From positions 1,218,602-1,282,601 of the forward strand of contig JBDRZU010000001.1 of NCBI GenBank assembly GCA_039804105.1: a stretch of 64,000 nt of DNA, in the 5' to 3' direction. Position 1 is the first letter of the stretch; each line of letters opens with the position of its first letter. The stretch is from a candidate division WOR-3 bacterium (GTDB lineage: Bacteria > Hydrothermota > 32-111). Under the pieces are notes generated by a model, which was not told where the DNA came from, ran no database searches, and saw only the letters and a program-made list of their open reading frames with translations. A program made the translations under genes and the position numbers. This document shows, piece after piece, positions 10,707 through 22,428 of the stretch.

Positions 10707-13700
10707 TTGATTTTTCTTTTTATGCTCCATTCGTTAAATAACATTATTGCAGAAGAAAAAGCATCTGCTGATTCACTTAATATTTTTACCATTTCAACTG
10801 TTCCAATGTCTTTTGCGGAAGATGTATTTTTGTTGGATAATATATGTTTTGTTACAGATCAAACTGAAGTTTATGCAATTGATGTTTTAAACAAAGAAAA
10901 TCCTTTAATTTTAAACAAATTTATTGACTCAATATATTCCTATGCGGTATGTGGTTATAAAGGGACTTATGGAGAGTATAATGTTTTTGTAGGTTCTGCC
11001 GGGGATACAAAAAGAGGGCTTTTTTACTTACAATTTTTGAACAATGAATTTAATCTTAGATTAGGAGAGAGTTATTCTGCTGTAAGAGATTTGTTTTATG
11101 ATTCTCCATATCTATATGTAGCAGGGGATGATGGTTTTAGAATTTATTATGCTGATAATGGATTTTTTAGTTTAATCTCCTGTATAAATATTACCAATTT
11201 AAAAGGTATACACATAAAAGATACATTAGCATTTATGGTTTCTGATGTAGATTCTTTATTAAGGATTTTTAATATAGCAGACAGACAAAAACCAAAACTC
11301 ATTTCTAAATTAATTGTAGGAAAAGCCCCATGGGAGGTAAATGTAACAGGTAACTATGCTTTTGTTTTAGTAGAAGGGCAATTTGTTACAATAGATATAT
11401 CAAATCTTGTTAATCCTATAATTTTAAACAGATTTTCATTTTCTCATGGTCAGTCAGAAGGTAGGATTTTTATTGAAAATAATTATGTTTATATTGGTCA
11501 TGTGAATTATGGTATTGAAATTCTTGATATTACAAACCCAGCCGCCCCGACAATGGTAGGGTATTATTATTATCCATTGAAGTTTGGAATGGGAGCTCTT
11601 GGTGTAGTTGTGAAAAACAAAACTATCTATACAGGTTTTACAACCAATGGATTTAAAATTTTTCAATTTTGTCCCAATGGATTTTTATTTGATATGCAAT
11701 ATTCCAGTTGTGTTAATTATGAAATTTTAGATACAATAGAGATTTTATTAACAAAAGAAAACACCTCTTTACCTTTTAGGAATGCTGAGGTCTATCTAAC
11801 TGATTTTAAGGGGAATAAAATTACCGAATCGAAATATCCTGATGAAAATGGAAAAATTTATTTTGAAATGATAAAAAGTGATACTTTTCCTCTTTATATT
11901 GTAGCCAAAAATCTTATTACGATAGGTCAGATTGAACAGAATAAAGTTTATACAAACTACAAACGTTTTGCATCAATAGAAACTATGAGAGAAATTCCTG
12001 TTTTGAAAGAAGTGGACTATGCAATAAAAGTTTTAGAATATATAACCTATCCTCCAGAAACCTTAAAAACCAATACAAAGCCATCAATAGGGGCAAATGT
12101 AAAATGTTATGATGAAAAGGGAAAAATTTATTTTAATACTTTAACGGATAATAATGGGGATGTATCTTATTTGTTTAATTTAAAATCAAATTTACGTCTA
12201 TTTGTGGAAATTGATAAAACAGGTTTTGTAAAAGAAATCAGAGAGATAATGCCCTATATATGGAGTAAGAGTGGATATGGATTGGGATTAAACAACCAGA
12301 GGAAGGTTGTAAGGGAATTGAACAGTGATAGAATGCATATAGTGTATACGGATGGAGATAGTATTGTGTATGGATACAGTGATAATTTTGGAGGGATCTG
12401 GAATCTTGAGAAGATAGGAAAGGGGAAAAATCCTTCCCTTGTGAAGACGACAGAGGGTTTAATAGCGATGTGGAATAATGGGACGAACATAGAGTATGCT
12501 GTGAAGAGTTCACCATGGGGAGGATACAGTCAATATCCAATGTTATGGAGTTCAGAGCCGGTGTTATTTAGTAGTTGGGAGAGTGACAGGAAGATAGGTG
12601 GATATATAGGATACAGATATGAAGGGTTAAATAGAGGGGACTTGATAGTGGGCGTATGGAAAGATGAGGACATAGGTAACATTGAATTTGATACAGTATT
12701 TACATATACAGGCACAACAGATAGAGTGGTTCCAATGTTTTCACCTGTTGTGGTTCCTTATTATGATGTTGCAACATTGTCGGAGTCATATATGGCTGCA
12801 TGCATAGATACAGGCTGGCATCTTGTTGGGAGTAGGTGGAATGGTTCAATTTCAAACTGGAGTTATTTTGATTTTATCAGTCCAGTAAATCAGAAGGCAC
12901 AGAATCCATCAGGAGATTATGATAACAGGGTCACGATATTTATATGGGAGGTTGATAATGGAGATGGGACGACGGAGATCTGGAATTCGAAGTATGGTAG
13001 AGTTAGTTTTGGAAGAGGGGTAAACAGATATCCAGTAAGCAGGAATGTGGTGCAGTCATCATATATAAAGGATTATGATAAGATAATAGGATACAGGGCG
13101 GGATATTCAGATACGTTGACACCTGAGAGTTATGTGATATATGATGGAGATGATTCGATATATAGTATGGATGCTGTGTATAAGAAAGGGTTAATAGAGA
13201 CAAAGTTTTATTATTGCTGGTTTGAGGGTAGTAATGGGGAATACAGATTTAAATCGAAGGTGAGGAGTTACAGTCAAAATGTGTTGCCATATTCGAGTGG
13301 AGAACCGACAGATACGATAGATGGTGTGATAATAAGTCCATTGAGGGAGTATGTTAAGGGTAATTTTAAGATAGAGAGGATGGTGTATGAAGTGGGTGGA
13401 ATGAATAGAGAGATGAACTATCTGGTGAAGGTAAAGATAGAAGATAAAAATCCACATATACCAGAAGTTGTTCAGATAGATGGAGAGGTGTATGGAGTAA
13501 TTTATGGTGGTCCTGGAGAGAAGGTATTGGAGATAGTTGTTCCAAAAGAGAAATATGAAGGTGACAGAAAAATAGAGATCAGTATAGACAGGAAGAAGGG
13601 GGATAAAAACAGGGTAGCAAAGATAGAGGTATATGAATATGAAGAGGAAGTGGGAGTTATATCGATGGTGAAAGGAGGGATAAAAGCGGAAGGGAAAGAG

Positions 13701-13964
13701 ACAGTGGAAGAGAAATATGAAAGTATGATAAACAATATCAGGTATAATGAGGGTAATGGTCGAATAGAATATATGATGAATGGAGCGGGAGATGTGAAGA
13801 TAAGAGTTATGGATATAACAGGGCGAATAGTGGAAAAGAAGGAGATGGGGTATCAAGTTAAGGGAGAATATGGAATGGATATAAAGATAAAGAAAGGGAT
13901 ATATTTTGTTGTTATAGATGTTGGAGGTATAGAATATACAAAGAAGATAGTGAGAGTGAGATAG
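10707..13964 (+). CDS. Large secreted LVIVD-repeat protein with T9SS C-terminal sorting domain; 5' end apparently frame-disrupted by the pentanucleotide repeat
   Basis: 1085-aa ORF (TTG start in the ORF track). N-terminal half has LVIVD-like blades (YAFVLVEGQFVTIDISNLVNPII, YVYIGHVNYGIEILDITNPAAPTMVGYY). C-terminus GIYFVVIDVGGIEYTKKIVRVR is T9SS CTD-like. The proper signal peptide appears only if this ORF is joined to the ATG at 10643. Confidence 0.7.
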   Translation: MIFLFMLHSLNNIIAEEKASADSLNIFTISTVPMSFAEDVFLLDNICFVTDQTEVYAIDVLNKENPLILNKFIDSIYSYAVCGYKGTYGEYNVFVGSAGDTKRGLFYLQFLNNEFNLRLGESYSAVRDLFYDSPYLYVAGDDGFRIYYADNGFFSLISCINITNLKGIHIKDTLAFMVSDVDSLLRIFNIADRQKPKLISKLIVGKAPWEVNVTGNYAFVLVEGQFVTIDISNLVNPIILNRFSFSHGQSEGRIFIENNYVYIGHVNYGIEILDITNPAAPTMVGYYYYPLKFGMGALGVVVKNKTIYTGFTTNGFKIFQFCPNGFLFDMQYSSCVNYEILDTIEILLTKENTSLPFRNAEVYLTDFKGNKITESKYPDENGKIYFEMIKSDTFPLYIVAKNLITIGQIEQNKVYTNYKRFASIETMREIPVLKEVDYAIKVLEYITYPPETLKTNTKPSIGANVKCYDEKGKIYFNTLTDNNGDVSYLFNLKSNLRLFVEIDKTGFVKEIREIMPYIWSKSGYGLGLNNQRKVVRELNSDRMHIVYTDGDSIVYGYSDNFGGIWNLEKIGKGKNPSLVKTTEGLIAMWNNGTNIEYAVKSSPWGGYSQYPMLWSSEPVLFSSWESDRKIGGYIGYRYEGLNRGDLIVGVWKDEDIGNIEFDTVFTYTGTTDRVVPMFSPVVVPYYDVATLSESYMAACIDTGWHLVGSRWNGSISNWSYFDFISPVNQKAQNPSGDYDNRVTIFIWEVDNGDGTTEIWNSKYGRVSFGRGVNRYPVSRNVVQSSYIKDYDKIIGYRAGYSDTLTPESYVIYDGDDSIYSMDAVYKKGLIETKFYYCWFEGSNGEYRFKSKVRSYSQNVLPYSSGEPTDTIDGVIISPLREYVKGNFKIERMVYEVGGMNREMNYLVKVKIEDKNPHIPEVVQIDGEVYGVIYGGPGEKVLEIVVPKEKYEGDRKIEISIDRKKGDKNRVAKIEVYEYEEEVGVISMVKGGIKAEGKETVEEKYESMINNIRYNEGNGRIEYMMNGAGDVKIRVMDITGRIVEKKEMGYQVKGEYGMDIKIKKGIYFVVIDVGGIEYTKKIVRVR

Positions 13965-13985
13965 GGGTATTATACCCCTGTCTTT
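13963..13985 (+). terminator. Short GC hairpin plus T-stretch between two cargo genes (possible attenuator/terminator)
   Basis: AGGGGTA / TACCCCT stem overlapping the stop codon, followed by GTCTTTT. Confidence 0.35.
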
Positions 13986-14000
13986 TATAAGGTGGGAGAT

Positions 14001-16250
14001 ATGAAGAGTGTAATTGTTCTGGTGATAATGTTATTGATGATGATTGTTGTGTATGGTGATTTTGAGATGTTGACAACATTTCCACATGGCGCAATAATGC
14101 AACAACAAGGTTGGTTTTCGATAGGTAAATTTGATTTTAACAATAATGGAATAGAGGAGTTAATATTACATACGATACATTATAAATTGGGAGATGAATT
14201 TTACCCCTATCATCCTTTTTTTGAATACAGGAGAGAAGGGGGATACCATTTTGAAGAGGTCTACAGGATTGTTCGTCATGGAGTTCTACCCATTGGTATA
14301 GGGGATCTTGATAATGATGGTTTATATGAACTGATAGAGATGACAAGTATTTCAATATATATAATGGAACAGAAGAGCAGGGAAGAGTTTCCGGATACAA
14401 CGAAACAGGTCTTATGGTTGGCGGATACGACTTATTCATTTGGTCCATTGTATATAACGAACGAGTTGAAAGGGGATTCAATAGACAGATTGGTGTGGGT
14501 TGGTTTACCGGGTATAACCACAAGGACACGGAGTTATGGATGGGGGTATTTAGAGTATATTGGTGAAAACACACTTGAGTTGACACACACATTTGCTGAT
14601 ACAGTGCAGTTAAAAAATCCTATCAGTGTAGGAAATATAAATAATAATGGACTTATTGATATAATAATTGCAACCAACTTTTATGCTAGTAGTAAAATCT
14701 TATGGTATGAAGCAACCGATAAGACATGTGATTCATTTAATTTTAAAGATAGTATAAGGTTTAGTGTTTGGAATGATAATGATCCGCTGTTAAAAAAAAT
14801 GATTTTTACAAACGATATAAACAGGAATGGATATAATGAAATCTTGTTAGCAAATTCTTGGTATATGGATGGATTAACATTGTATCAATACTACAGGTAT
14901 TATCTTATTGAATACAATCCAGAGACGGATAAATTGGAGATAAAATGGACAACAGAATGTAGTTCACCGCCGAATCCAAATATAACGATATGGGCTAATG
15001 CGGATTTATTAAGTGCAGGTGTTGGATGTGATTGTGGAGATGTTGATGGAGATGGGCTGGAGGATATTTTGATAAATGGGGGAAGACATGTTGAAGTATG
15101 GAAGAATTATGGTGGTGATATATATGGGAAGATATATGAATGGACAGATAGCACATACCAGACATTGAGCAGCACTGTGAGGGCTTATGATTTTAATGGT
15201 AATGGGATAAAGGAGGTTATATTTTTGGGGCATGATTACTGGTGTCCACCGCCCTATCCGACAGAATATACACCGGATGAATATCAAAGGACATATGTAT
15301 TTGAATACAGGAGATTGCAGGTAGATGTTGACAACAATGCGTTACTTAGGGATGTAGACACACTGATATTGGGTAGCAGTGTAAATGGAGATACATTGTA
15401 TAAGGAGATAAAGTTTTGCAATGTTGGGTATGATACGATAAAACTGGATTCAATCGTGTTTGAGAGTGAGTGTTATGGTGTGAAAGGGAGTTTTCCTGAA
15501 CTGATATGGGTAGGAGAGAGCGCGGGGAAAGAGATCTGGTTTAAGGGGGATAGTGCTGGGAGATATCTTGATAGTGCATGGATATATGGGGATAGTAATA
15601 GGTATAAGTTAATGTTAAAAGGGGCATACAGATACAAAGTGGAGATAGATTCGATAGTTGCGAGTTATGTGAGTATATATGACAGGAATGTGGTAAGTAT
15701 ATATTTTAATGAGAAGACGACGATGCCAGAGATAACGAAGGATAATATAGATGAAGTGTTGAGGTTGAGCAGTGGACATAGCTGGAAAGATAAATTTGGG
15801 GAAATATATAATACGAAGTGGATAAGATATAATGGAAGAGATAAACTGGTGGTGCAATTGAGTGCTGGAGGTAATAGACCAACAGTGAGTATAGGTGATA
15901 GTGTGTATATTGATAATGGAGAGATAAGAGATGAATGGTTAAAAGAGAGAGTGGTGACATCTGGAGTGATAAGAGGGGAATTATATTTTAGTGGAATAGA
16001 TGAAGAAGAGATAAATAGAGATGGGTTGAATTTGACATACAAAGGAGGTGTTTTGTATTATAGTGTTGAAGAGGGAAAAATTTTTGAGATAGAGGTGTAT
16101 GATGTGATGGGTAGGGTGATAGCAAGAAGAGATGAGGGTAAAGGCAGAAAAGGCATAATAGATATGAATAGATATGGATGTGGAGTATATTTTGTGAGAA
16201 TGAGAAAGGGAGAAGATGTGATAACTAAAAAGATTGTGAAAATAAAATGA
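14001..16250 (+). CDS. Secreted FG-GAP/VCBS-like repeat protein with T9SS C-terminal sorting domain
   Basis: The ORF-track frame is 13992-16250. The likely start is the ATG at 14001 (MKSVIVLVIMLL signal). Repeated Ca-binding-like loops: DLDNDGLYE, NINNNGLIDIIIA, DINRNGYNEILLA, DVDGDGLEDILI, DFNGNGIKEVIF. C-terminus GVYFVRMRKGEDVITKKIVKIK. Confidence 0.7.
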   Translation: MKSVIVLVIMLLMMIVVYGDFEMLTTFPHGAIMQQQGWFSIGKFDFNNNGIEELILHTIHYKLGDEFYPYHPFFEYRREGGYHFEEVYRIVRHGVLPIGIGDLDNDGLYELIEMTSISIYIMEQKSREEFPDTTKQVLWLADTTYSFGPLYITNELKGDSIDRLVWVGLPGITTRTRSYGWGYLEYIGENTLELTHTFADTVQLKNPISVGNINNNGLIDIIIATNFYASSKILWYEATDKTCDSFNFKDSIRFSVWNDNDPLLKKMIFTNDINRNGYNEILLANSWYMDGLTLYQYYRYYLIEYNPETDKLEIKWTTECSSPPNPNITIWANADLLSAGVGCDCGDVDGDGLEDILINGGRHVEVWKNYGGDIYGKIYEWTDSTYQTLSSTVRAYDFNGNGIKEVIFLGHDYWCPPPYPTEYTPDEYQRTYVFEYRRLQVDVDNNALLRDVDTLILGSSVNGDTLYKEIKFCNVGYDTIKLDSIVFESECYGVKGSFPELIWVGESAGKEIWFKGDSAGRYLDSAWIYGDSNRYKLMLKGAYRYKVEIDSIVASYVSIYDRNVVSIYFNEKTTMPEITKDNIDEVLRLSSGHSWKDKFGEIYNTKWIRYNGRDKLVVQLSAGGNRPTVSIGDSVYIDNGEIRDEWLKERVVTSGVIRGELYFSGIDEEEINRDGLNLTYKGGVLYYSVEEGKIFEIEVYDVMGRVIARRDEGKGRKGIIDMNRYGCGVYFVRMRKGEDVITKKIVKIK

Positions 16251-16279
16251 AAAAGTTTTAAATAAAAAAAGGAGAGGGT

Positions 16280-18268
16280 ATGAAAAAAGTTTTGTTGTTT
16301 GCTTCAATACTGGGTTACTTTATGTATCTTTTTCCAGTGTTTGATTGTATTGAGATCAAAGAAAACAATACAGGTTATTATATTTCCAATCGTGGAAACA
16401 ATTTCCTTAACATTTATCCTATTAACAGAACTTTTTACTGGCCAGTCAATTATACTTCTGAAACTTATATGTTCGGTTCTGGGTTTGCTTTTGGAACAAT
16501 ATGTTTGAATGATACTCTCTATTCAACTGGAGATGATTTATCTCATCCCGGTATATCAGATTTTGTTCCAGGTGATGGATCTGATAACCCGGCACCTTAT
16601 GACGATCCATTTTTCAGAATATATAAAAGTTATGATATACATTATCCTGTTGATTCAACACTTTCTCTTGTTGATGTTTATTGTGTTTATAATGATCTGG
16701 ATAGTTCTTATAGATGGATTTCTTATTCATCACCTGTAAGAATAGTTGTTGAGCAACAATTGTATAATTTCAGAGCACCAAAAGTTGAAAATATGATTTT
16801 TATGAACTTTAAAATAAAAAATAAAAATACCGGTAATTTTGAAAAATCTTATTTCAGTTTTTGGGCTGATCCTGATATAGGAAGTGATTATTACAACGAA
16901 CTTTTAGGATTTGTTGAAGATGAGGATATAGTTTATCAGTTTCAACTTGAAGGTGAATCGGGATGGCATGATACTCCAGGTATCATTTCCTTTAAACTTT
17001 TGCAGGGTCCTATAGCAACAGAAACAGTTGATGTTTATCACGATGGAAGTAAAATCATTTTACCCTTTCAACCAATCTGTTTAACACAGTTCAGAAATGT
17101 TAATTATACAACCTATCCAGCAGATATCGAAAAGAGATATCTCTTATCAGCAGGTTATAAATTCTGGGAATTTGACTCATTGAATCCTGAGAATTCCTAT
17201 GAGCCATTTCCTCTCTGGACACAATCTCTTTCAGGTTACCCTGGCAAAAATCTGGACTCCACGAGTGCTGGAAATAAATCGTTAATTTTTTCTTCAGGTC
17301 CTTTCGATCTGAATGCGAACGATAGCATGAGTGTTTCGATGGTTGTTTATCTAACAAAATCTCCGGATAGCATTATTTCCCTTGGAAATTTAGCAAAATG
17401 GTGGTGGAAAAACAGAAATACAAAATATTTACAGTTTCTAACACCTTTGAATTTACAAAAAATTTCATCTCAAACTATCTTTTCATGGGTTGGGAATATA
17501 ACTTTTCCAAAATATTCTTTACATTTTTTAAACCTTTCAACAGGAGTATGGTATGATGTTAAAGATTTAACCACAAACTCCTATTTGTTTAACCCAGCAA
17601 CTTTTAACGATGCTGTTTATCTATGTGGTGTTGGAGGATACACTGATACAAGTTTTATTGGAGATAAAAATCATCTTTACATTCTTGTAGACAATGCTGG
17701 TAAAAATGGTCCTCCTTATATTTATTCTTATGAAAAAAGTTTAACTGATGATAGTATAATCACATTAAAATGGAAAACACTTGATCCTGATGACAATCTA
17801 TCGAACAGTTATATCTACTTTGTTTCATCAACGAACGATTCTGTTTACAAAAAGACATTTGAAAAGACGGATACGATCTTTTCTTTAAATCTTGTTCAAT
17901 CTTTACCAGAGGATAACTACAAAATAGTTTTGATTTCAGTTGATGATTCTCTTCTTTCCGATACATCAATTGTTTACCATGAATTCTTCTTGTCAGGAAT
18001 CGATTATGATAGAAAAATTGAAAACAAAAATATTTTCACATTCAAAGTTTTGCAGAAAAAAGATTTGATTGAACTTATCGTTGAAGGTAAAAAAGATGAT
18101 GTTGAAATTTCGTTGTATAACATTGAAGGAAGAAAGATGGAAAACATCTACTCCGGCTCTGTTGATGGAACATTCAGAATCACAAGAAAACTGAATTTGC
18201 CCTGCGGAATATATTTTATAAAAGAAAAAACAACACGCAAGATACAGCATATCTACCTGATAAAATAA
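16280..18268 (+). CDS. Secreted protein of unknown function with T9SS C-terminal sorting domain
   Basis: 662 aa. RBS GGAGAGGG, signal-like MKKVLLFASILGYFMYLF, C-terminus GIYFIKEKTTRKIQHIYLIK. Confidence 0.6.
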   Translation: MKKVLLFASILGYFMYLFPVFDCIEIKENNTGYYISNRGNNFLNIYPINRTFYWPVNYTSETYMFGSGFAFGTICLNDTLYSTGDDLSHPGISDFVPGDGSDNPAPYDDPFFRIYKSYDIHYPVDSTLSLVDVYCVYNDLDSSYRWISYSSPVRIVVEQQLYNFRAPKVENMIFMNFKIKNKNTGNFEKSYFSFWADPDIGSDYYNELLGFVEDEDIVYQFQLEGESGWHDTPGIISFKLLQGPIATETVDVYHDGSKIILPFQPICLTQFRNVNYTTYPADIEKRYLLSAGYKFWEFDSLNPENSYEPFPLWTQSLSGYPGKNLDSTSAGNKSLIFSSGPFDLNANDSMSVSMVVYLTKSPDSIISLGNLAKWWWKNRNTKYLQFLTPLNLQKISSQTIFSWVGNITFPKYSLHFLNLSTGVWYDVKDLTTNSYLFNPATFNDAVYLCGVGGYTDTSFIGDKNHLYILVDNAGKNGPPYIYSYEKSLTDDSIITLKWKTLDPDDNLSNSYIYFVSSTNDSVYKKTFEKTDTIFSLNLVQSLPEDNYKIVLISVDDSLLSDTSIVYHEFFLSGIDYDRKIENKNIFTFKVLQKKDLIELIVEGKKDDVEISLYNIEGRKMENIYSGSVDGTFRITRKLNLPCGIYFIKEKTTRKIQHIYLIK

Positions 18269-18273
18269 AGATC

Positions 18274-18297
18274 GGGGACGGTGCTTGACTTTTTGAC
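18274..18297 (-). repeat. Conserved intergenic motif, copy a (reverse orientation)
   Basis: Plus strand reads GGGGACGGTGCTTGACTTTTTGAC, 5 nt after the stop of the 16280-18268 gene and upstream of the rRNA promoters. Confidence 0.95.
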
Positions 18298-18328
18298 ATT
18301 TTAAGAATAAAAAAAATTTTATTTGCTC

Positions 18329-18356
18329 TTGACAGAAAAAATTTTTTGATTATAAT
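18329..18356 (+). promoter_or_regulatory. rRNA promoter P1 (consensus sigma70)
   Basis: TTGACA (18329-18334), 16-nt spacer, TATAAT (18351-18356), preceded by an A/T-rich UP-like tract. Confidence 0.7.
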
Positions 18357-18413
18357 GAAAAACACTGAAGGAACAACGCCCTTCAGGAAATTTCAAAAAA
18401 ATAAAAATTGCTC

Positions 18414-18441
18414 TTGACAAATTTAAAAAGTTTGATATAAT
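18414..18441 (+). promoter_or_regulatory. rRNA promoter P2 (consensus sigma70, extended -10)
   Basis: TTGACA (18414-18419), 16-nt spacer ending TGA, TATAAT (18436-18441). Shares the GCTCTTGACA context with P1. Confidence 0.7.
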
Positions 18442-19025
18442 TTTTATCCTTTTAAAATTTGATTGATCTTTGACATTTTGAATTTTGTGGAAAGGCATCT
18501 TATGGATTAAGATACTAAGAGTATGTGGGGAATGCCTTGGCACAGATAGGCGATGAAGGACGTAGCAGGCTGCGATAAGCCTCGGGGAGCCGCCAAGCGG
18601 GCTTAGATCCGAGGATCTCCGAATGGGGAAACCTTATACGGTAAACCCGTATAGTCCATGAATGAATACATAGTTCATGGTCGCCAACTCAGGGAAGTGA
18701 AACATCTCAGTACCTGAAGGAAAAGAAAACAAAAGTGATTCCCTAAGTAGTGGTGAGCGAAAGGGGAAGAGCCCAAACCGAGATGTATGTAAGGCTGCAA
18801 CCGTTGTACATCCGGTGTTGTGGGACCTGATAGACCGAGTGCAGTGAGGTCAAAAGGTTACAAATTGTTTGATTAGCAGAACTTGTCTGGAATGGCAGGC
18901 CATAGAAGGTGAAAGCCCGGTATGCAAAAATCAAACAACCTTTTTCAGGTATCCCAAGTACCACGGGACACGTGAAATCTTGTGGGAATCTGGGAGGACC
19001 ACCTCCTAAGGCTAAATACTCATCT

Positions 19026-19073
<48 letters not shown>

Positions 19074-19683
19074 TGGCGGGGAGTGAAATAGAATCTGAAA
19101 CCACATACTTACAATCAGTTGGAGGGCTACATTTCGGGCAACCGAAATATGCCTGACAGCGTACCTTTTGCATAATGGACCGGCGAGTTACTCTATGTTG
19201 CGAGGTTAAGTGAAAGTAATCACGGAACCGTAGCGAAAGCGAGTCCGAATAGGGCGTTTAGTAGCATGGAGTAGACCCGAAGCTGAACGAGCTATCCATG
19301 GCCAGAGTGAAGTCGGGGTAACACCCGATGGAGGCTCGAACTAGTAACCCTTTAAAAGGTTTTGGATGAGCTGTGGATGGGAGTGAAAGGCTTAACAAGT
19401 TCAGTGATAGCTGGTTCTCCCCGAAATAGCTTTAGGGCTAGCCTCGGATGGTCAGTATTGGGGGTAGAGCTCTGAAAAGGTTAGGGTGTCACAAGCATAC
19501 CGACCCTTATCAAACTACGAATCCTAATACTCAAAATCCGGGAGTCAGGCAGTGGGGGCTAAGCTTCATTGCCGAGAGGGAAACAACCCAGACCGTCAGT
19601 TAAGGTCCCAAAATATAGGCTAAGTGGTAAAGGATGTGAAATTACCCAGACAGCCAGGATGTTGGCTTAGAAGCAGCCATACA

Positions 19684-19717
<34 letters not shown>

Positions 19718-20497
19718 GTTTTGCGCCTAAAATTTAACGGGGCTTAAGCCTATTACCGAAACTGCGGAACAAGTTTTACTTGTTTGTAGGGGAGCGTTCT
19801 GTTGACGTTGAAGCGGTATCGCAAGGGGCCGTGGAGTTAACAGAAGTGAAAATGCCGGTATGAGTAGTGATAAAGCGGGCGAGAAACCCGCTCACCGAAA
19901 ATCCAAGGTTTCCTGGGGAAGGTTAATCCTCCCAGGGTTAGTCGGTGCCTAAGGTGAGGCCGAAAGGCGTAATCGATGGACAACAGGTTAATATTCCTGT
20001 ACCACCATTGTTTCGTTTGACTGAAGTGGGGGTGCAGAAGGGTAGACCTACCAGTTAGTGGATATACTGGGCCAAGCAGGTAGGAGGAAAGAGCAGGCAA
20101 ATCCACTCTTTCGTTAACTCCGAGATGTGATGGCGAGCTCATTAGAGCGAAGTGGTTAATCCCATGCTGACAAGAAAAGCCACGTAGGGAGAAACGATGG
20201 TGACCGTACCGTAAACCGACACAGGTGGATGAGGAGAGAATCCTAAGGTGCTCGAGTTATCTCTCGTCAAGGAACTCGGCAATTTACCCCCGTAACTTCG
20301 GGAAATGGGGGACCTGACTTGGTGAAGGATTTACTCCGTAAGCTAAGTTGGGTCGCAGAGAAATGGCTCATGCGACTGTTTATCAAAAACACAGGACTCT
20401 GCAAAGTCGTGAAGACGACGTATAGGGTCTGACACCTGCCCGGTGCCGGAAGGTTAAGGGAAGAGGTCAGGTCAAGCAATTGGCCAAAGCTTTGAAC

Positions 20498-21271
<774 letters not shown>

Positions 21272-21514
21272 TATGAGCAGTGTCTCGACGAGAGGCTCGA
21301 CGAACATTGTAGTGGCGGTGAAGATGCCGCCTACCCGCAATCGGACAAAAAGACCCCGTGAACCTTTACTGCACCTTGATATTGGGTTTTGGTGAGGTAT
21401 GTGTAGGATAGGTGGGAGGCTGTGAAGCCGGGGCGTCAGCTTCGGTGGAGCCAACGGTGAAATACCACCCTTATCTTATTGAAATTCTAACTTGCTCCTG
21501 TAAGCCAGGGCAAG

Positions 21515-21549
<35 letters not shown>

Positions 21550-21695
21550 TCCTCCTAAAAGGTAACGGAGGAGCACGAAGGTTCCCTCAATGCGGTTGGT
21601 AATCGCATGTAGAGCGCAAAGGTATAAGGGAGCTTAACTGTGAGATCGACGGATCGAGCAGGAACGAAAGTTGGTCTTAGTGATCCGGTGGTTCC

Positions 21696-21752
<57 letters not shown>

Positions 21753-21765
21753 TCCCCCAAGAGTC

Positions 21766-21838
<73 letters not shown>

Positions 21839-21859
21839 GGTCTGTTCGCCCATTAAAGT

Positions 21860-21902
<43 letters not shown>

Positions 21903-22242
21903 GTATCCATTGTGGGCGTATGAAATCTGAGGGTGTGCTGTCCCTAGTACGAAAGGACCGGGATGGGCAAACCTCCTGTGTACCAGTTGTCACGCCAGTG
22001 GCAGCGCTGGGTAGCAGTGTTTGTTCAGGATAACCGCTGAAAGCATCTAAGCGGGAAACCTACCCCAAGATAAGATTTCACTCCAGGTTTTCCTGGCGAA
22101 GGCTCCTGGGAGACTACCAGGTTGATAGGCTGCAAGTGTAAGTGCGGTAACGCATTCAGCTGAGCAGTACTAATAGGCCGAGAGTCTTAATCCTTAAGTT
22201 GTCTTTCTACAAATTCAAATGTCTTTAAATGTTATATAAATT

Positions 22243-22350
<108 letters not shown>

Positions 22351-22428
22351 GCTGCCGGCTTTTTTATTTTTTATATCCATTTTTATTAAATCAATACCCA
22401 AAATTTTATGTAAATAAGGAGAATATGA

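Noticed and set aside
12238-16307. Long reverse-strand ORFs, including 13191-13856 (221 aa), 14137-14592, 15665-16042 and 15981-16307.
   Set aside because: They are shadows of the purine-rich, C-poor coding strand, which leaves few reverse-strand stop codons. Their products are low-complexity (S/L/H/Y/I/P-rich), and they fully overlap well-supported plus-strand genes.
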